This document shows, one piece after another, positions 49,367-59,023 of a stretch of 64,000 nucleotides of DNA. Positions within the stretch are counted from its first letter, which is position 1, and each line of letters opens with the position of its first letter. A program made the position numbers and the translations under genes. The notes beneath the pieces are model-generated. The model was given only the letters and a program-made list of their open reading frames with translations, ran no database searches and was not told the DNA's origin. The DNA comes from Trueperaceae bacterium (GTDB lineage Bacteria > Deinococcota > Deinococci > Deinococcales > Trueperaceae): assembly GCA_965215565.1 (NCBI GenBank), contig CBDCDZ010000004.1, positions 320,001 through 384,000 on the forward strand, in the 5' to 3' direction.

Positions 49367-50005
49367 TTAATCTGCGCCTGCGGGAAAAGCAGGCGTGTTC
49401 ATCCATAGAGGTGTAAAGGAGGAGGCGGTGTGAGCCACCTTGTGGGTAGCGAAGAGGGACTCGAGCAGCGCGGGCTCAATCAGGGTGGCGACGTAGTTTT
49501 GGCGTCTATAAGAGGTTGGGGTTGCGGGTACGAAGTTCAGCGCTTGCCCGAACAGCGCTCTCGCTTTTCGGGCGAGCAATGCGGCTTGCGCTGCGTCACC
49601 CGCGAGCACCGCGACGCATGGCGCTCGCTCAGTCATAACCGCCTTAGTCGCAGCGTGCGCACCGATAAGCTGAAGCGTGTCATTGGTGTCCAGCCCTAAA
49701 GCGCAAATTTGCTCCGCAATCCCTGCGCTCAAATGAACAGCCAGCACCTCTTGCGTATCAATAGGGGGCTTAGCGGCTACCCGCGTTCCGGCGCGCCGCC
49801 GCTGCATTAGGTAGCCCTGCGCCTCTAAAGCCCGGTAAGCCGCAGCGACGGTGTTGTAATTCGTGTTTGTCGCCGCCGCTAAGGTTTGCACCGTCGGTAA
49901 GAGGTCATGAGGCGCAAGCTCGCCCGTGATGATGCGCACGCGGATGTGGGCTTGGAGTTGATCCCCTAGAGGAACCGGACTCTTTTTGTCGAGGGTAACG
50001 TCCAT
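49367..50005 (-). CDS. GntR-family regulator with atypical C-terminal domain
   Basis: LPTVQTLA...NYNTVAAAYRALE wHTH of the YtrA-like type. Confidence 0.85.
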   Translation of the reverse strand: MDVTLDKKSPVPLGDQLQAHIRVRIITGELAPHDLLPTVQTLAAATNTNYNTVAAAYRALEAQGYLMQRRRAGTRVAAKPPIDTQEVLAVHLSAGIAEQICALGLDTNDTLQLIGAHAATKAVMTERAPCVAVLAGDAAQAALLARKARALFGQALNFVPATPTSYRRQNYVATLIEPALLESLFATHKVAHTASSFTPLWMNTPAFPAGAD

Positions 50006-50015
50006 ATCTTATATT

Positions 50016-50031
50016 AACTGCTATACTAGTT
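50016..50031. promoter_or_regulatory. Candidate GntR autoregulatory operator AACTGCTATACTAGTT
   Basis: Imperfect palindrome about 10 bp upstream of the regulator start codon. Confidence 0.45.
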
Positions 50032-50190
50032 GAAATCAACCGTTCATATCTCATTTAATCCCAGTACAAACAGAGTTTTTGAGTCTTATTTCTACTGCAT
50101 AAATAGCACAAATACAATTGGTATAGGGAGTTTTACAGGTTTGACTCGAGTCATATTAGCCACAAGTACAGCCAAAAAGCTCACAGACGC

Positions 50191-50220
50191 TTGACAGCGC
50201 TCTAAAAGCACCGTTATAGT
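50191..50220 (+). promoter_or_regulatory. Sigma70-type promoter of tRNA-Ala
   Basis: TTGACA-N18-TATAGT. Confidence 0.65.
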
Positions 50221-50236
50221 TTTCTTTGCGCTGCGC

Positions 50237-50312
50237 GGGGCCTTAGCTCAGCTGGGAGAGCACCTGCTTTGCAAGCAGGGGGTCATCAGTTCGAATCTGA
50301 TAGGCTCCACCA
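50237..50312 (+). tRNA. tRNA-Ala (TGC)
   Basis: GGGGCCT acceptor stem with G3:U70, TGC anticodon, TTCGAAT T-loop, encoded CCA; 76 nt. Confidence 0.97.
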
Positions 50313-50338
50313 TTAGAAAAGCGCGTCAGAAACGTAGG

Positions 50339-50380
50339 AAACCGGAATGCTTAAATGGCGTTCCGGTTCTCTTTTTGTTT
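50339..50380 (+). terminator. Intrinsic terminator downstream of the tRNA
   Basis: AACCGGAATGC/GCGTTCCGGTT stem followed by a T-rich tract. Confidence 0.7.
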
Positions 50381-50427
50381 GATTTACTACTACGCCACTA
50401 CTAAAGGCTATAAACCGAGTCAACACA

Positions 50428-51460
50428 CTACGTCTCGTCACGTGATGGCGTAATACCAGGCACAACTTCAACAGCCTCGTCTTCAGCGAAGTGCGTGTAG
50501 ATGTCTAAGGTCATACTTGGTCTCGAGTGTCCCAATAGTCCCGAAGCTGTTTTGAGAGGGACGCCCGCGTAGTGCAAATTCGTTGCGAACATATGCCTCA
50601 AATCGTGTAAATTTGCGCGAGGAATCTGCGCCTTGTCCTGCAATACCTGCCAAGTGCGCGTTAAGTTACGGTGGCTGATAGGCGTGTTGGTTACAGACGT
50701 GAATATGAGATTATGGATAGGCGCATCTGCTCCTAAAGCGCATGACTCTTGCCGCTGAACCTTTTGGTAAATGTAGAGTGCAGCGAGAACGTCATCAGGT
50801 AAGCCGAGCCGCCGCTGGCTCGAACGTGTTTTCAGGGGCGCAAGTTGTCCGTCACGCCCTAGCTGATAGGTCACTCTAAAGACATTACCGGATAGGTCGT
50901 CCTACCTCAACCCGAGGAGTTCACCCTGCCGTAAGCCGGTAGCGAGGGCTAGTGTGAAGAGTGCGCATAGTCGATGAGCCTGGAGAGAGGCGAGGATACG
51001 TTGCTTATCTTCGCTGCTCCAACTGATTGGTGTTCGAGGTGTTTCAGGAAAGGGTTTGGTGGCGCTCACCGGATTGCGGTGGATCAGCTCGAGATCGTAG
51101 GCGTCGTTAAGCGCGTTGAGTAAAACGGCGCGACACTGGTTAGCAGAACGTGTCCCGACCTCGTCAGCAAGTGTTCCTATTGCGGCGCGAACTTCTTGAG
51201 GGGAGCGCGCGACGAGCTTTGAGCGTCCTAGTACGCGAGATAGATAATGAACGTTACGTGTATAAGTTTCAGCCGTTCTAGGGCGTATACTGCGCCGCTT
51301 ATAGGTCAGCCACTCCTCCAAATACTCGTTGAGAGTTCGTGTACTCCCGTTGTAAGTACCTTGCTTCACTTGCTGCTTTAGGTTATCTAACTTCTGAGCA
51401 ACTTCTTACCGCGTCTTCCCGTAAACGAACTTGGGGTTTTCGGCCCAACCCCTCGAAAAG
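50428..51460 (-). pseudogene. Phage/ICE-type tyrosine integrase pseudogene next to tRNA-Ala
   Basis: KFVYGKTR*EVAQKL, TGLRQGELLGLR*DD, LHDLRH and LGHS..MTLDIY; in-frame stops at 50902 and near 51406. Confidence 0.88.
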
Positions 51461-51518
51461 GTACATTTCAGAGCTAGCGCAGGGACTCTATAACCGCGTC
51501 CAGGTCTCTACCCTCTTA

Positions 51519-52134
51519 GAGGGTGTCTGGGAAGGGTCTATCTCTTGGATTTTGCGAGCCTTGTCAACATCGAACGTACCATAGCAGCGTAGATCAAGGC
51601 TTCACTACTTTGGGGCAGGCGCTCGTAGTCTTTGCTGTGGCGTCTATGACGGCTAATCCCAGGTTAGGTACATCGTGCCAGCACTCGAACGGGCAAAGCC
51701 CGCCCCTTCGGGGCTAGTTCTCTGTGATGCTCACCTGTACAAAGGTTCTTTCTACCACCTAGCGTCTAGGCAAGACCTTAAAGGTGCGGTTGCCCTTGAG
51801 CATAGCAAGTTGTTCAGGCGTGAGTTCTTGTCCTTCGGGAAGCCAAAAGCCTCGGATGCCTGCGTAAGCATGTTGCACAATCTCGATGGTCCAGCCTAAG
51901 GAGTCCGTGACCCACTCTTGGAAGGTGCGCTCCCCCGTCAATAAAGAGGTGGCGAAGTCTACCGAAGCGCCCCTGTAGTGCTTCAAGCAGTTGCTCGCCT
52001 CCGGCTGGGTCACTGATGTTGGCGGCAAGCACAAGTACGCCCAGAAGTAGCCCTTGCGTATCAACCAGGATGTGTCGCCGTCGCCCTTTAACTTTCTTGC
52101 CCCCATCGCACCCTTTGACGCCGCCTGCTTCAGT
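51519..52134 (-). mobile_element. IS5-family (IS1031-like) remnant: 3-prime half of the transposase and right IR
   Basis: GGKKVKGRRRHILVDTQG, FKVLPRRW.ERTFAW and SKDYERLPQSSEA; end GAGGGTGTCTGGGAA next to TTA; frameshifts and a 76-bp insertion. Confidence 0.85.
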
Positions 52135-52812
52135 GTGCCTTAGCCGCGTCGCCAACTCAGGTCCAGACAAGGACCTGCCGTGACCCGCCGCGAGGGTAAA
52201 GGGCTCGAGTTCAGCGAGGCTCGAGACCGAACGTCGAGCTGCGACCCAGTCAGGCGTAAAGGGCGTAGGCGGGCGGCTCAGCTCGCGCGCGTGTGTAAGC
52301 TGGGATGTCCAAGAATCCAGGTTCATCGTAGCGAGCGCGTCGCCCGCGATGAGGGTCCGGTCCGCCTCGCGCCACAAGGACACATGACCGGGTGTGTGAC
52401 CCGGCGTGTGAACCGCACGCCACCCCGGTAGCCCCGGTACGCTGCCGTTCGTCGGGAGGGGCTGCACCCGAACACCGAAATCGTAACCGCGGTGCGGGAA
52501 GGCTCGAGACATCATCGCGAGTGCGCCGCCCACGGTCGGGTCTTGCGGCGGGTAGTCCGACGCGCCTGTCAAGTAGGACAGCTCGAGCAAATGTGCGTAG
52601 ATAGGAACGTCCCAGGTCCTGGCTAACTCGAGCGCCGTGCCCGCGTGGTCAAAGTGTCCATGGGTGAGCACGATGGCTTCAGGCTTAGCGCTCTGACCGT
52701 AGCGCTCTTCAGCCGCCTTGCGAAGATAGCGCTCTGAGTCGGGCAGCCCCGTATCGACCAAGACCCAGCCCCCCTGCGGCGCACCAACCAGATAAGCGTT
52801 GACAAAGACTAT
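52135..52812 (-). pseudogene. Metallo-beta-lactamase-fold hydrolase, truncated at both ends
   Basis: FVNAYLV, THGHFDHAG, TPGHTPGH and AGHG; fused to the IS5 remnant; no start. Confidence 0.8.
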
Positions 52813-53378
52813 GGGGGTCGGCCCTGCTGGACCTCGGGTGCGTGCTGGGTCTGAAAATGTGGAGCACGGCGTCCCAGGCTAAACATGAGGTCATAGCAAG
52901 ATACGGCGCGGCACCCATCGATTATCAGCGCGAAGACTTTGTAGCGCGGCTCGAACGCGACGTGCCAGGCGGTGTTGACCTTGTCGTAGACCCTATAGGG
53001 GGTGCTCACCTGGACCGCTCATGGCGAGTGCTGTATCGAGGCGGCGCGCTCGTGGCGACGGCGGCAATCGGTGCGCTGCACGGCGCGTCCGCTCTATCCA
53101 CGATCGGCGGCTTCACCAAGCTGTGGGTGCGTGACAAGCTGCCCAATGGGCGCTCAGCACTGCTCTTCAACGTGGTGGACTTTAACAAGGCGCATCTGGG
53201 AGCTTTAGCACAAGACCTCGAAGCCCTAATTAGCCATCTCAGAGCTGAACGTATCACGCCCCTCATCGCCGCGGAGTTGCCGCTGGAGCAGGCAGCTCGG
53301 GCGCAGCAGTTACTCATCACCTCGCGGGCGCGGGCGCGGGGGCGAGTCGTGCTGCGTCCTGACCTCGCCGCAGGATGA
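52813..53378 (+). pseudogene. C-terminal half of a zinc-type alcohol dehydrogenase/quinone oxidoreductase
   Basis: PIDYQREDF, GGVDLVVDPIGG and GRVVL; N-terminal GroES-like domain absent. Confidence 0.75.
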
Positions 53379-53464
53379 TCTGAAACTTGTGGGTTTTGTG
53401 CAGCGAACGCGCGCAACTCTTACAGAACGTAAAAACCTACTTTTGCAAGAGGTTTACGGTTTCT

Positions 53465-54730
53465 TTAGCTCTTCCAAGCCAGTATCAGCGCCGCTGTCCA
53501 CGCGAACGTATGCCCGCCCAGACCTTTACCCGTCTTAGGATCATAGTACTCAAAAATCTCCGTCTTCTCCGCGAGCGCGAGGCTGTCCTCTTTGATCTTC
53601 TGCGCCCACACCAAGAAGCCGTTTTCAGTCAGACCCTGATAAAGCATCCAATTGACGTTAATCCAAACTGGGCCGCGCCAGTAGCGTTGCGGTTCAAAAG
53701 CCGGGTCGAGCGGGCTCGTACTCGGCACGAGGTAGCGCACCTCGCCGTTCCAGGTTTCCAATACGTGGAGCATTTTCCGCGTCTGCGCCTCCGTTGCCAC
53801 GCCTGCATAAATCGGCATGAATCCCTCAAACGTGCGCACGCCGATGCGCTCGCCGCTGATGAGGTCTTTGGAGAAGAAAAAAGCCTCCTCTTCGTCCCAT
53901 AGCGATTGCAGAGCAGGTTTACTCAGGTCTAACCAACCTTCGATTTCAACCGTCTCCAGGTCAAAACGTTCGGCTAGCTCGAGCAAATCGCGGTCCGCGC
54001 GGTGCAAGATGGCGTTAAAGGCAACATCGACAACCTTAAAGGGTGACGCTTCATAGATTTTTTCAGGCTCATACTCGTGCTCGCGAAAGAGGTTGACGAG
54101 TCCGATATAGTGCTCGTACGCTTCACTGCCGGGGCGCTGCTCGGCGCTCACGTGCTCCGTGTCGCGGCGCTCACTCGGCAAAGACGCACGCGGCACACGC
54201 GCAAGTGCTTCGTCCCATAAAGGGCTGTTGTCCATCCCGCTCTCCCAAGGATGCAAGAGAGCGACGAGCCCGGTGCCCTTTGGGTCTCTAGCGCGGTAAA
54301 GCCAGCGGTGAAACTCGAGAATCTTAGGAACCAGTGCTTCGGCTTTCTCCTCCGCCAACGCCTTATCCTTGGCATTCTCAACAAGTTCTCGCACCACCGT
54401 CGCGAGAATCGGTGGCTGCGTGATGCCACTGCTCGCTACCTTACCCGAGCGCGACACCGGAACGCCCCACACGTCAGGGCCGGGAAAATAGCCCTTGCTC
54501 TCCTGGTGAAAGGCGATGTGCGGGACCATGCCATCTTGCCACTGCGCGGAGAGAAGCGTTTCAAGCTCAAGCCACGCTCTTTTCTCGTCAAACGTCGCCC
54601 AACCAAGCGCGACAAAGCCTGCGTCCCAGTTCCACTGGTAGGGATACAGGTCTGGCGCAGGGATGGTGTAGGAGCCGTGGTCGTTTGCACGGAGCACCTC
54701 TTCGCACCTCTTGATGAGTTCCGGCTTCAT
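53465..54730 (-). CDS. GH63-type glucosylglycerate/mannosylglycerate hydrolase
   Basis: LYPYQWNWDAGF, SGITQPP, HPWESGMDNSP, YWRGPVW and EYY motifs. Confidence 0.85.
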   Translation of the reverse strand: MKPELIKRCEEVLRANDHGSYTIPAPDLYPYQWNWDAGFVALGWATFDEKRAWLELETLLSAQWQDGMVPHIAFHQESKGYFPGPDVWGVPVSRSGKVASSGITQPPILATVVRELVENAKDKALAEEKAEALVPKILEFHRWLYRARDPKGTGLVALLHPWESGMDNSPLWDEALARVPRASLPSERRDTEHVSAEQRPGSEAYEHYIGLVNLFREHEYEPEKIYEASPFKVVDVAFNAILHRADRDLLELAERFDLETVEIEGWLDLSKPALQSLWDEEEAFFFSKDLISGERIGVRTFEGFMPIYAGVATEAQTRKMLHVLETWNGEVRYLVPSTSPLDPAFEPQRYWRGPVWINVNWMLYQGLTENGFLVWAQKIKEDSLALAEKTEIFEYYDPKTGKGLGGHTFAWTAALILAWKS

Positions 54731-56010
54731 TCTTTGACGCCTCCCGCTGTGAGCCCACCGACCAGATACTTCTCAAACCAGAAGAAGAGCACCATAATAG
54801 GCACGGTAACAATGACTGCACCCGCCATCAAGAATTGACGCGGGACCTCTTGCGAATTCAAAGCGACCATCCCTCTCGAGAGCGTAAAAATCTCCGGCGA
54901 GTCCAAAAACATGAAGGCGAACAAAAACTCGTTCCAGGCGATCATAAAAACGTAGAGCCCAACCGAAGCGAGCGCGGGCACACTTAAAGGCAGCGTGATG
55001 CGCCAGATGACCCCTAAGCGCGTGCAGCCGTCAATCATGCCCGCCTCCTCTAAATCTTTAGGCAACGTCTGAAAGTAACTTCGCAGCATATAGAGCGCCA
55101 CGGGAATCGTCGTTGCAGGGTAGACGACCAAAAGACCAGGAAGTGTGTCGCGTAAACCGATCTGAGTGAAAACTGCATAGAGCGGCACGACCAACACGAT
55201 AGCCGGGAACATATAGATGAGCAAAATCGAGCGTGAGAGCATGTCGCGCCCCGGAAAGCGCAGCCGCGTCACGGCGTATGCGCCTAAGACCGCTAGCAAA
55301 AGGGTAATAATCACAGTGGCGACGGCGACTATCGTGCTGTTCAAGATGTAGCGGGCGAAGTCGAAGCGGACCAATACCTCGCGGTAGCCGACCAACAAGT
55401 TACCGAGTCCTTGCGAGAAGTCGATGCTCAAATTGGTGGGATCTTGTAAAAAGGTCGAGCGAGACTTGAGGCTCGAGGCGACCATGAAGTAGAAGGGAAA
55501 GACGACAACCGAGATAAAGAAGATAAAGCCAAAGCCGCGCAAAAGGCGCAAGGTGATGGTTTCATAGATGTTCGAGCCCGCCTCAGCCAAGTTGAGGTCG
55601 CGCAGGCCGTAGCGGGTTAAAAAGGCGGCAGCGCAGAAGGCGAGGGGCGCACCGATGACGCCCCATAAGACGCTGACCTCGCCGAAGCCGAGCGGTCTTA
55701 AACCTGTAAACACGAGCCAGAGCACGCCGACACCCGCGCCCACGGCGAGTGCGAACCAGAGCGGCGTCGTCTGTTTTCGGTTCTCCTCTTTGCGCATCGC
55801 GCTCAGCGTGAGTCCGATCACGAGACCGCTTAGAAGCGCCCAGCCGAGCGGCGTGCTGACCTCTAAGCGGCTAAAAATCACCGCGAAGAATGCCCACAGC
55901 AAGACGGCGGTCAGCGTCGAGAGTGCGCCCATCAGCGCGGCGATGGCGAAGCCCGTTACGGAGGGAAGGTTGCGGGGTGAGGTCTGGGTACGGGTTGCTT
56001 GTGCCATCAC
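54727..56010 (-). CDS. Sugar ABC permease with N-terminal extra TM segments
   Basis: EEAGMIDG motif; about 150-aa hydrophobic extension. Confidence 0.9.
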   Translation of the reverse strand: MMAQATRTQTSPRNLPSVTGFAIAALMGALSTLTAVLLWAFFAVIFSRLEVSTPLGWALLSGLVIGLTLSAMRKEENRKQTTPLWFALAVGAGVGVLWLVFTGLRPLGFGEVSVLWGVIGAPLAFCAAAFLTRYGLRDLNLAEAGSNIYETITLRLLRGFGFIFFISVVVFPFYFMVASSLKSRSTFLQDPTNLSIDFSQGLGNLLVGYREVLVRFDFARYILNSTIVAVATVIITLLLAVLGAYAVTRLRFPGRDMLSRSILLIYMFPAIVLVVPLYAVFTQIGLRDTLPGLLVVYPATTIPVALYMLRSYFQTLPKDLEEAGMIDGCTRLGVIWRITLPLSVPALASVGLYVFMIAWNEFLFAFMFLDSPEIFTLSRGMVALNSQEVPRQFLMAGAVIVTVPIMVLFFWFEKYLVGGLTAGGVKE

Positions 56011-57269
56011 TCACCCTCCGGGGTATAGCGGAAATAGATGACTATGAAAATTGCTAGGATGAAAAAGAGCACCACCGCCGTCGCCGCGCCCGCGCCGATG
56101 TCTGAGCGTCCAAAGGCGTTGTCATAGACCTGCACGGGCAGCGTCTCCGTCCCGGCTGCGCCGCCAGTCAAGAGGAACACGTCGTCGAACTTGTTAAAGG
56201 TCCAGATGAAGCGCAGCAAGAAGAGCGTCGCGACGATGCCCACGAGCTGCGGCAGGGTGATGTAGCGGAACTTCTGGAACGCGCCCGCACCGTCCACCTC
56301 GGCGGATTCGTAAAGCGCGTCGGGGATGGCTTGAAAGCGGGCGAGCACGAAGAGGAAAGCGAAGGGGAAGTAGCGCCACGCTTCAAAGGCGATGACGGTA
56401 GAAAGTGCAAGCGGGAAGCTAAATGAGAGCCCTAGCAAGCTCACCTCGAAGCTGCGCTGGCTCAGGAATGAGATGGGCTCGTGCATGAGGCCAAACTCTA
56501 AACCCAGCGCGTTCAAGCTGCCGCTAAAGGGGTCTAAAAAGAAGGTCCAGGTAAAGGCAACCGCGATCACTGGCGCGACGTAAGGAAAGAGGAAGAGCCC
56601 GCGCAAGAAGCCCTTGCCGAAGAACTCACCCTGCAAGAGCTGCGCGGCGAAAACGCCTAACAAAATCGAGCCGCCCGTGCCGAAAAGCGTGTACGCGAGC
56701 GTCGTCCACAGCACAGGCCAGAACTCGCGCCCGGAGAGTACGAAGCGGAAGTTTTGAAGTGTGAAGTTGAAGTTCGTCAGCACGTTGCTGGCGTCGCCGC
56801 TCAGAGTCGGTTGGGTTGGGGCACGCTGATCGATACTATCCGCGAAAAATGCTTTACTCGTCTCGAAGGAGAACGCCACGTTCTCGCTGTAGCCGCCCTC
56901 CCACTCGCCAAAGTCGCAGATTAGCGAGCGCCCGTCCACGCTACACGCTTCGGGCAACTCTGTCGGCGTCAGCCCGTCGGCGAGTTGCGCCTCTAACGTC
57001 ACGTTGCGAATCGTCACGTCGGGGCTGCTATTGCGCATCAAGTAGCGCACCTCTAAGGGGTCGCCAGGATTTTTGACGGACACCGCCCGCTCGCGCACCA
57101 CAGGTACAGGTGGGCGCAGGTCGCCCAGTTCGATGTTCTTGAAGCTGATCCAGAAGTTTGCCAGCACCGGGAAGATGACCACGGCAAAAACGATCAAAAA
57201 GGTCGGCGCGAGCATCCAGAAGGCGAGGCGCGCCTCGCGTTGGCTGAGACTTTGTTGTTGCTGGTCCAT
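56007..57269 (-). CDS. Sugar ABC permease with an inserted extracytoplasmic beta-rich domain
   Basis: ESAEVDGA motif; about 110-aa insert after TM1. Confidence 0.9.
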   Translation of the reverse strand: MDQQQQSLSQREARLAFWMLAPTFLIVFAVVIFPVLANFWISFKNIELGDLRPPVPVVRERAVSVKNPGDPLEVRYLMRNSSPDVTIRNVTLEAQLADGLTPTELPEACSVDGRSLICDFGEWEGGYSENVAFSFETSKAFFADSIDQRAPTQPTLSGDASNVLTNFNFTLQNFRFVLSGREFWPVLWTTLAYTLFGTGGSILLGVFAAQLLQGEFFGKGFLRGLFLFPYVAPVIAVAFTWTFFLDPFSGSLNALGLEFGLMHEPISFLSQRSFEVSLLGLSFSFPLALSTVIAFEAWRYFPFAFLFVLARFQAIPDALYESAEVDGAGAFQKFRYITLPQLVGIVATLFLLRFIWTFNKFDDVFLLTGGAAGTETLPVQVYDNAFGRSDIGAGAATAVVLFFILAIFIVIYFRYTPEGE

Positions 57270-57365
57270 CCTCGAGCCTCCTCAGTGAGATTTGAGGTTC
57301 TGTGCCCCGGGCTGTTAGCTAAAAACAAAAGCTAAGATGCTTCGTGCGCGTCTCTATACGCGCAC

Positions 57366-58706
57366 TCAGTTCTGCTGCAGCGCCCGCACCTCTTCCTGAA
57401 TCCTCGAGACCGCCTCCTCTACCGAGAATTCACCATCAGTGAACTGCCGGACGATCTCCGCCATAATCCGCGTGTCGTAAAGCTGCGAGGTCAGCTCGCC
57501 GTAGCCTTGACTGTAGCCCCAGCGCGTGCCCGTTTCCAAGCCTTCGACGAGGTCTTGAATCGTCTCCGCTTCATAGAACTCGCTTAGGGGCGCGCGGCGG
57601 TCCACGCCGACCTCTAGGTTCGACCAGGCGTTGATGAACTGCTCAGAGTTGTCTTGGGTGCCGCGCCGTTGCGGGAACTTACCCTCCGCCGCCATACCGA
57701 GTGTTTGGTCGTACGCTTCGGAGAGGGAATATTCCACGAACTGCCGCGCCGCCTCGAAGTCCGCGTCTACGGTGATGCCAAAGTAGCGCACGTCCGTCCA
57801 ACCTGCGCCCTCTTTATTGCTCGGACCGGATAAGCGAGTCACGAAGCCCGAGTCCTGGGCGAGTTGTGGGCTGGTGGGGTCGTCTACCGCCGTCACGGGC
57901 ACCTCGTTACGCAATCCAGCGAGTTCGTCTAGGATGAAGGGCGACCAGATAATCATGGCGGCGCTGCCCGCGAAGTATAGCTCGCGTGACTGCTGCCAGT
58001 AGAGGTTGCCAGGCGGACTCGCCTCGACCAAGTCTTTGTAGAACTCGAGCGTCTCGGTGAGCTTTTCCGTGTCGAGCGCGATGTTACCCTGGTCGTCCAC
58101 CAAGTTCACGCCGTTGGCGAGCGCGATGTGCTCGAAGACCTGCATCATGTAGCCCTCGCTGGGGTCGGTGGCGGCGACGAAGCCGTACATGTCGGGCGGG
58201 CTATGCAAGGCTTCAATCGCGGCGCGAATAGCTTCGTAACTCGTGGGCGGCTCTAAGCCTGCCTCTTCAAAGAGGTCTTGGCGGTAAACTAGAAGCTGCG
58301 TCCAGCCGTCAACGGGCACGGCAGCATAGCCATCCTCGACTTCAACTAAATTAAGTGCACCCTCGTAAAAGGTGTCCGCACCAAGCGTCTCGATGGCTTC
58401 GGCGGCGCTAAAGGGGTCTAAAATGCCCGCGCTCGCCCAGCCCAAAGTGTAGTTGAGCGGATGGTAAATCACGTCGGGCAGTTCGCCCGCGGCGAAGGCG
58501 GCGGTGACGCGCTCGCCCATCTGGGTTTCGGTTACAGGGATAACCTCGACGCTGACGCCCGTTTGCTCCTGGAAATCTGAAGCGATGTTGCGCTGCACCT
58601 CCAAGCGCTCAGGTTGCTCCTCGGTAGTCCAGAGGACGAGTTGGGCGGAGGCTACACTGCTTGCGAATAGAGCTATGGCGATGGCGACGCTTAGAAACTT
58701 CTTCAC
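57366..58706 (-). CDS. Sugar ABC transporter substrate-binding protein
   Basis: Signal peptide; AAGELPDV and VPVDGW.QLLVYR motifs; AAGGAG RBS. Confidence 0.9.
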   Translation of the reverse strand: MKKFLSVAIAIALFASSVASAQLVLWTTEEQPERLEVQRNIASDFQEQTGVSVEVIPVTETQMGERVTAAFAAGELPDVIYHPLNYTLGWASAGILDPFSAAEAIETLGADTFYEGALNLVEVEDGYAAVPVDGWTQLLVYRQDLFEEAGLEPPTSYEAIRAAIEALHSPPDMYGFVAATDPSEGYMMQVFEHIALANGVNLVDDQGNIALDTEKLTETLEFYKDLVEASPPGNLYWQQSRELYFAGSAAMIIWSPFILDELAGLRNEVPVTAVDDPTSPQLAQDSGFVTRLSGPSNKEGAGWTDVRYFGITVDADFEAARQFVEYSLSEAYDQTLGMAAEGKFPQRRGTQDNSEQFINAWSNLEVGVDRRAPLSEFYEAETIQDLVEGLETGTRWGYSQGYGELTSQLYDTRIMAEIVRQFTDGEFSVEEAVSRIQEEVRALQQN

Positions 58707-58963
58707 GGTTCACGCTCCTTACATTTTGTTTGGTACAGATTAACAGAAAAAGGCGTGAAGGAATAAATTTTCGGCACGAGGTTCGTACACACTGCGAGCG
58801 TGAATAGAACCTCTTTATGTGTCGCTGCGAATTTCTGGAGACTCTTCGGAGTGCTGTCTTCCGAAGCTTAGGAGAAGCGGGATGTAAGAAGCGTATAAAG
58901 TTATACTAACCTGATTCAAGGATGTCGTAAATTGAGAGCGTCTGAGGGTACGCGCTCACGCGC

Positions 58964-58995
58964 GGTTTAGATGTCGTACTTTTGACATCTAAACC
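58964..58995. repeat. Perfect 12-8-12 inverted repeat
   Basis: GGTTTAGATGTC-GTACTTTT-GACATCTAAACC. Confidence 0.8.
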
Positions 58996-59023
58996 TCACT
59001 TTAGTATTAGAGTTCTATGGGAG

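Noticed and set aside
51814..52761. 315-aa ORF as a novel MBL-transposase fusion protein
   Set aside because: Both parts are truncated and the transposase part frameshifts; this is a deletion junction
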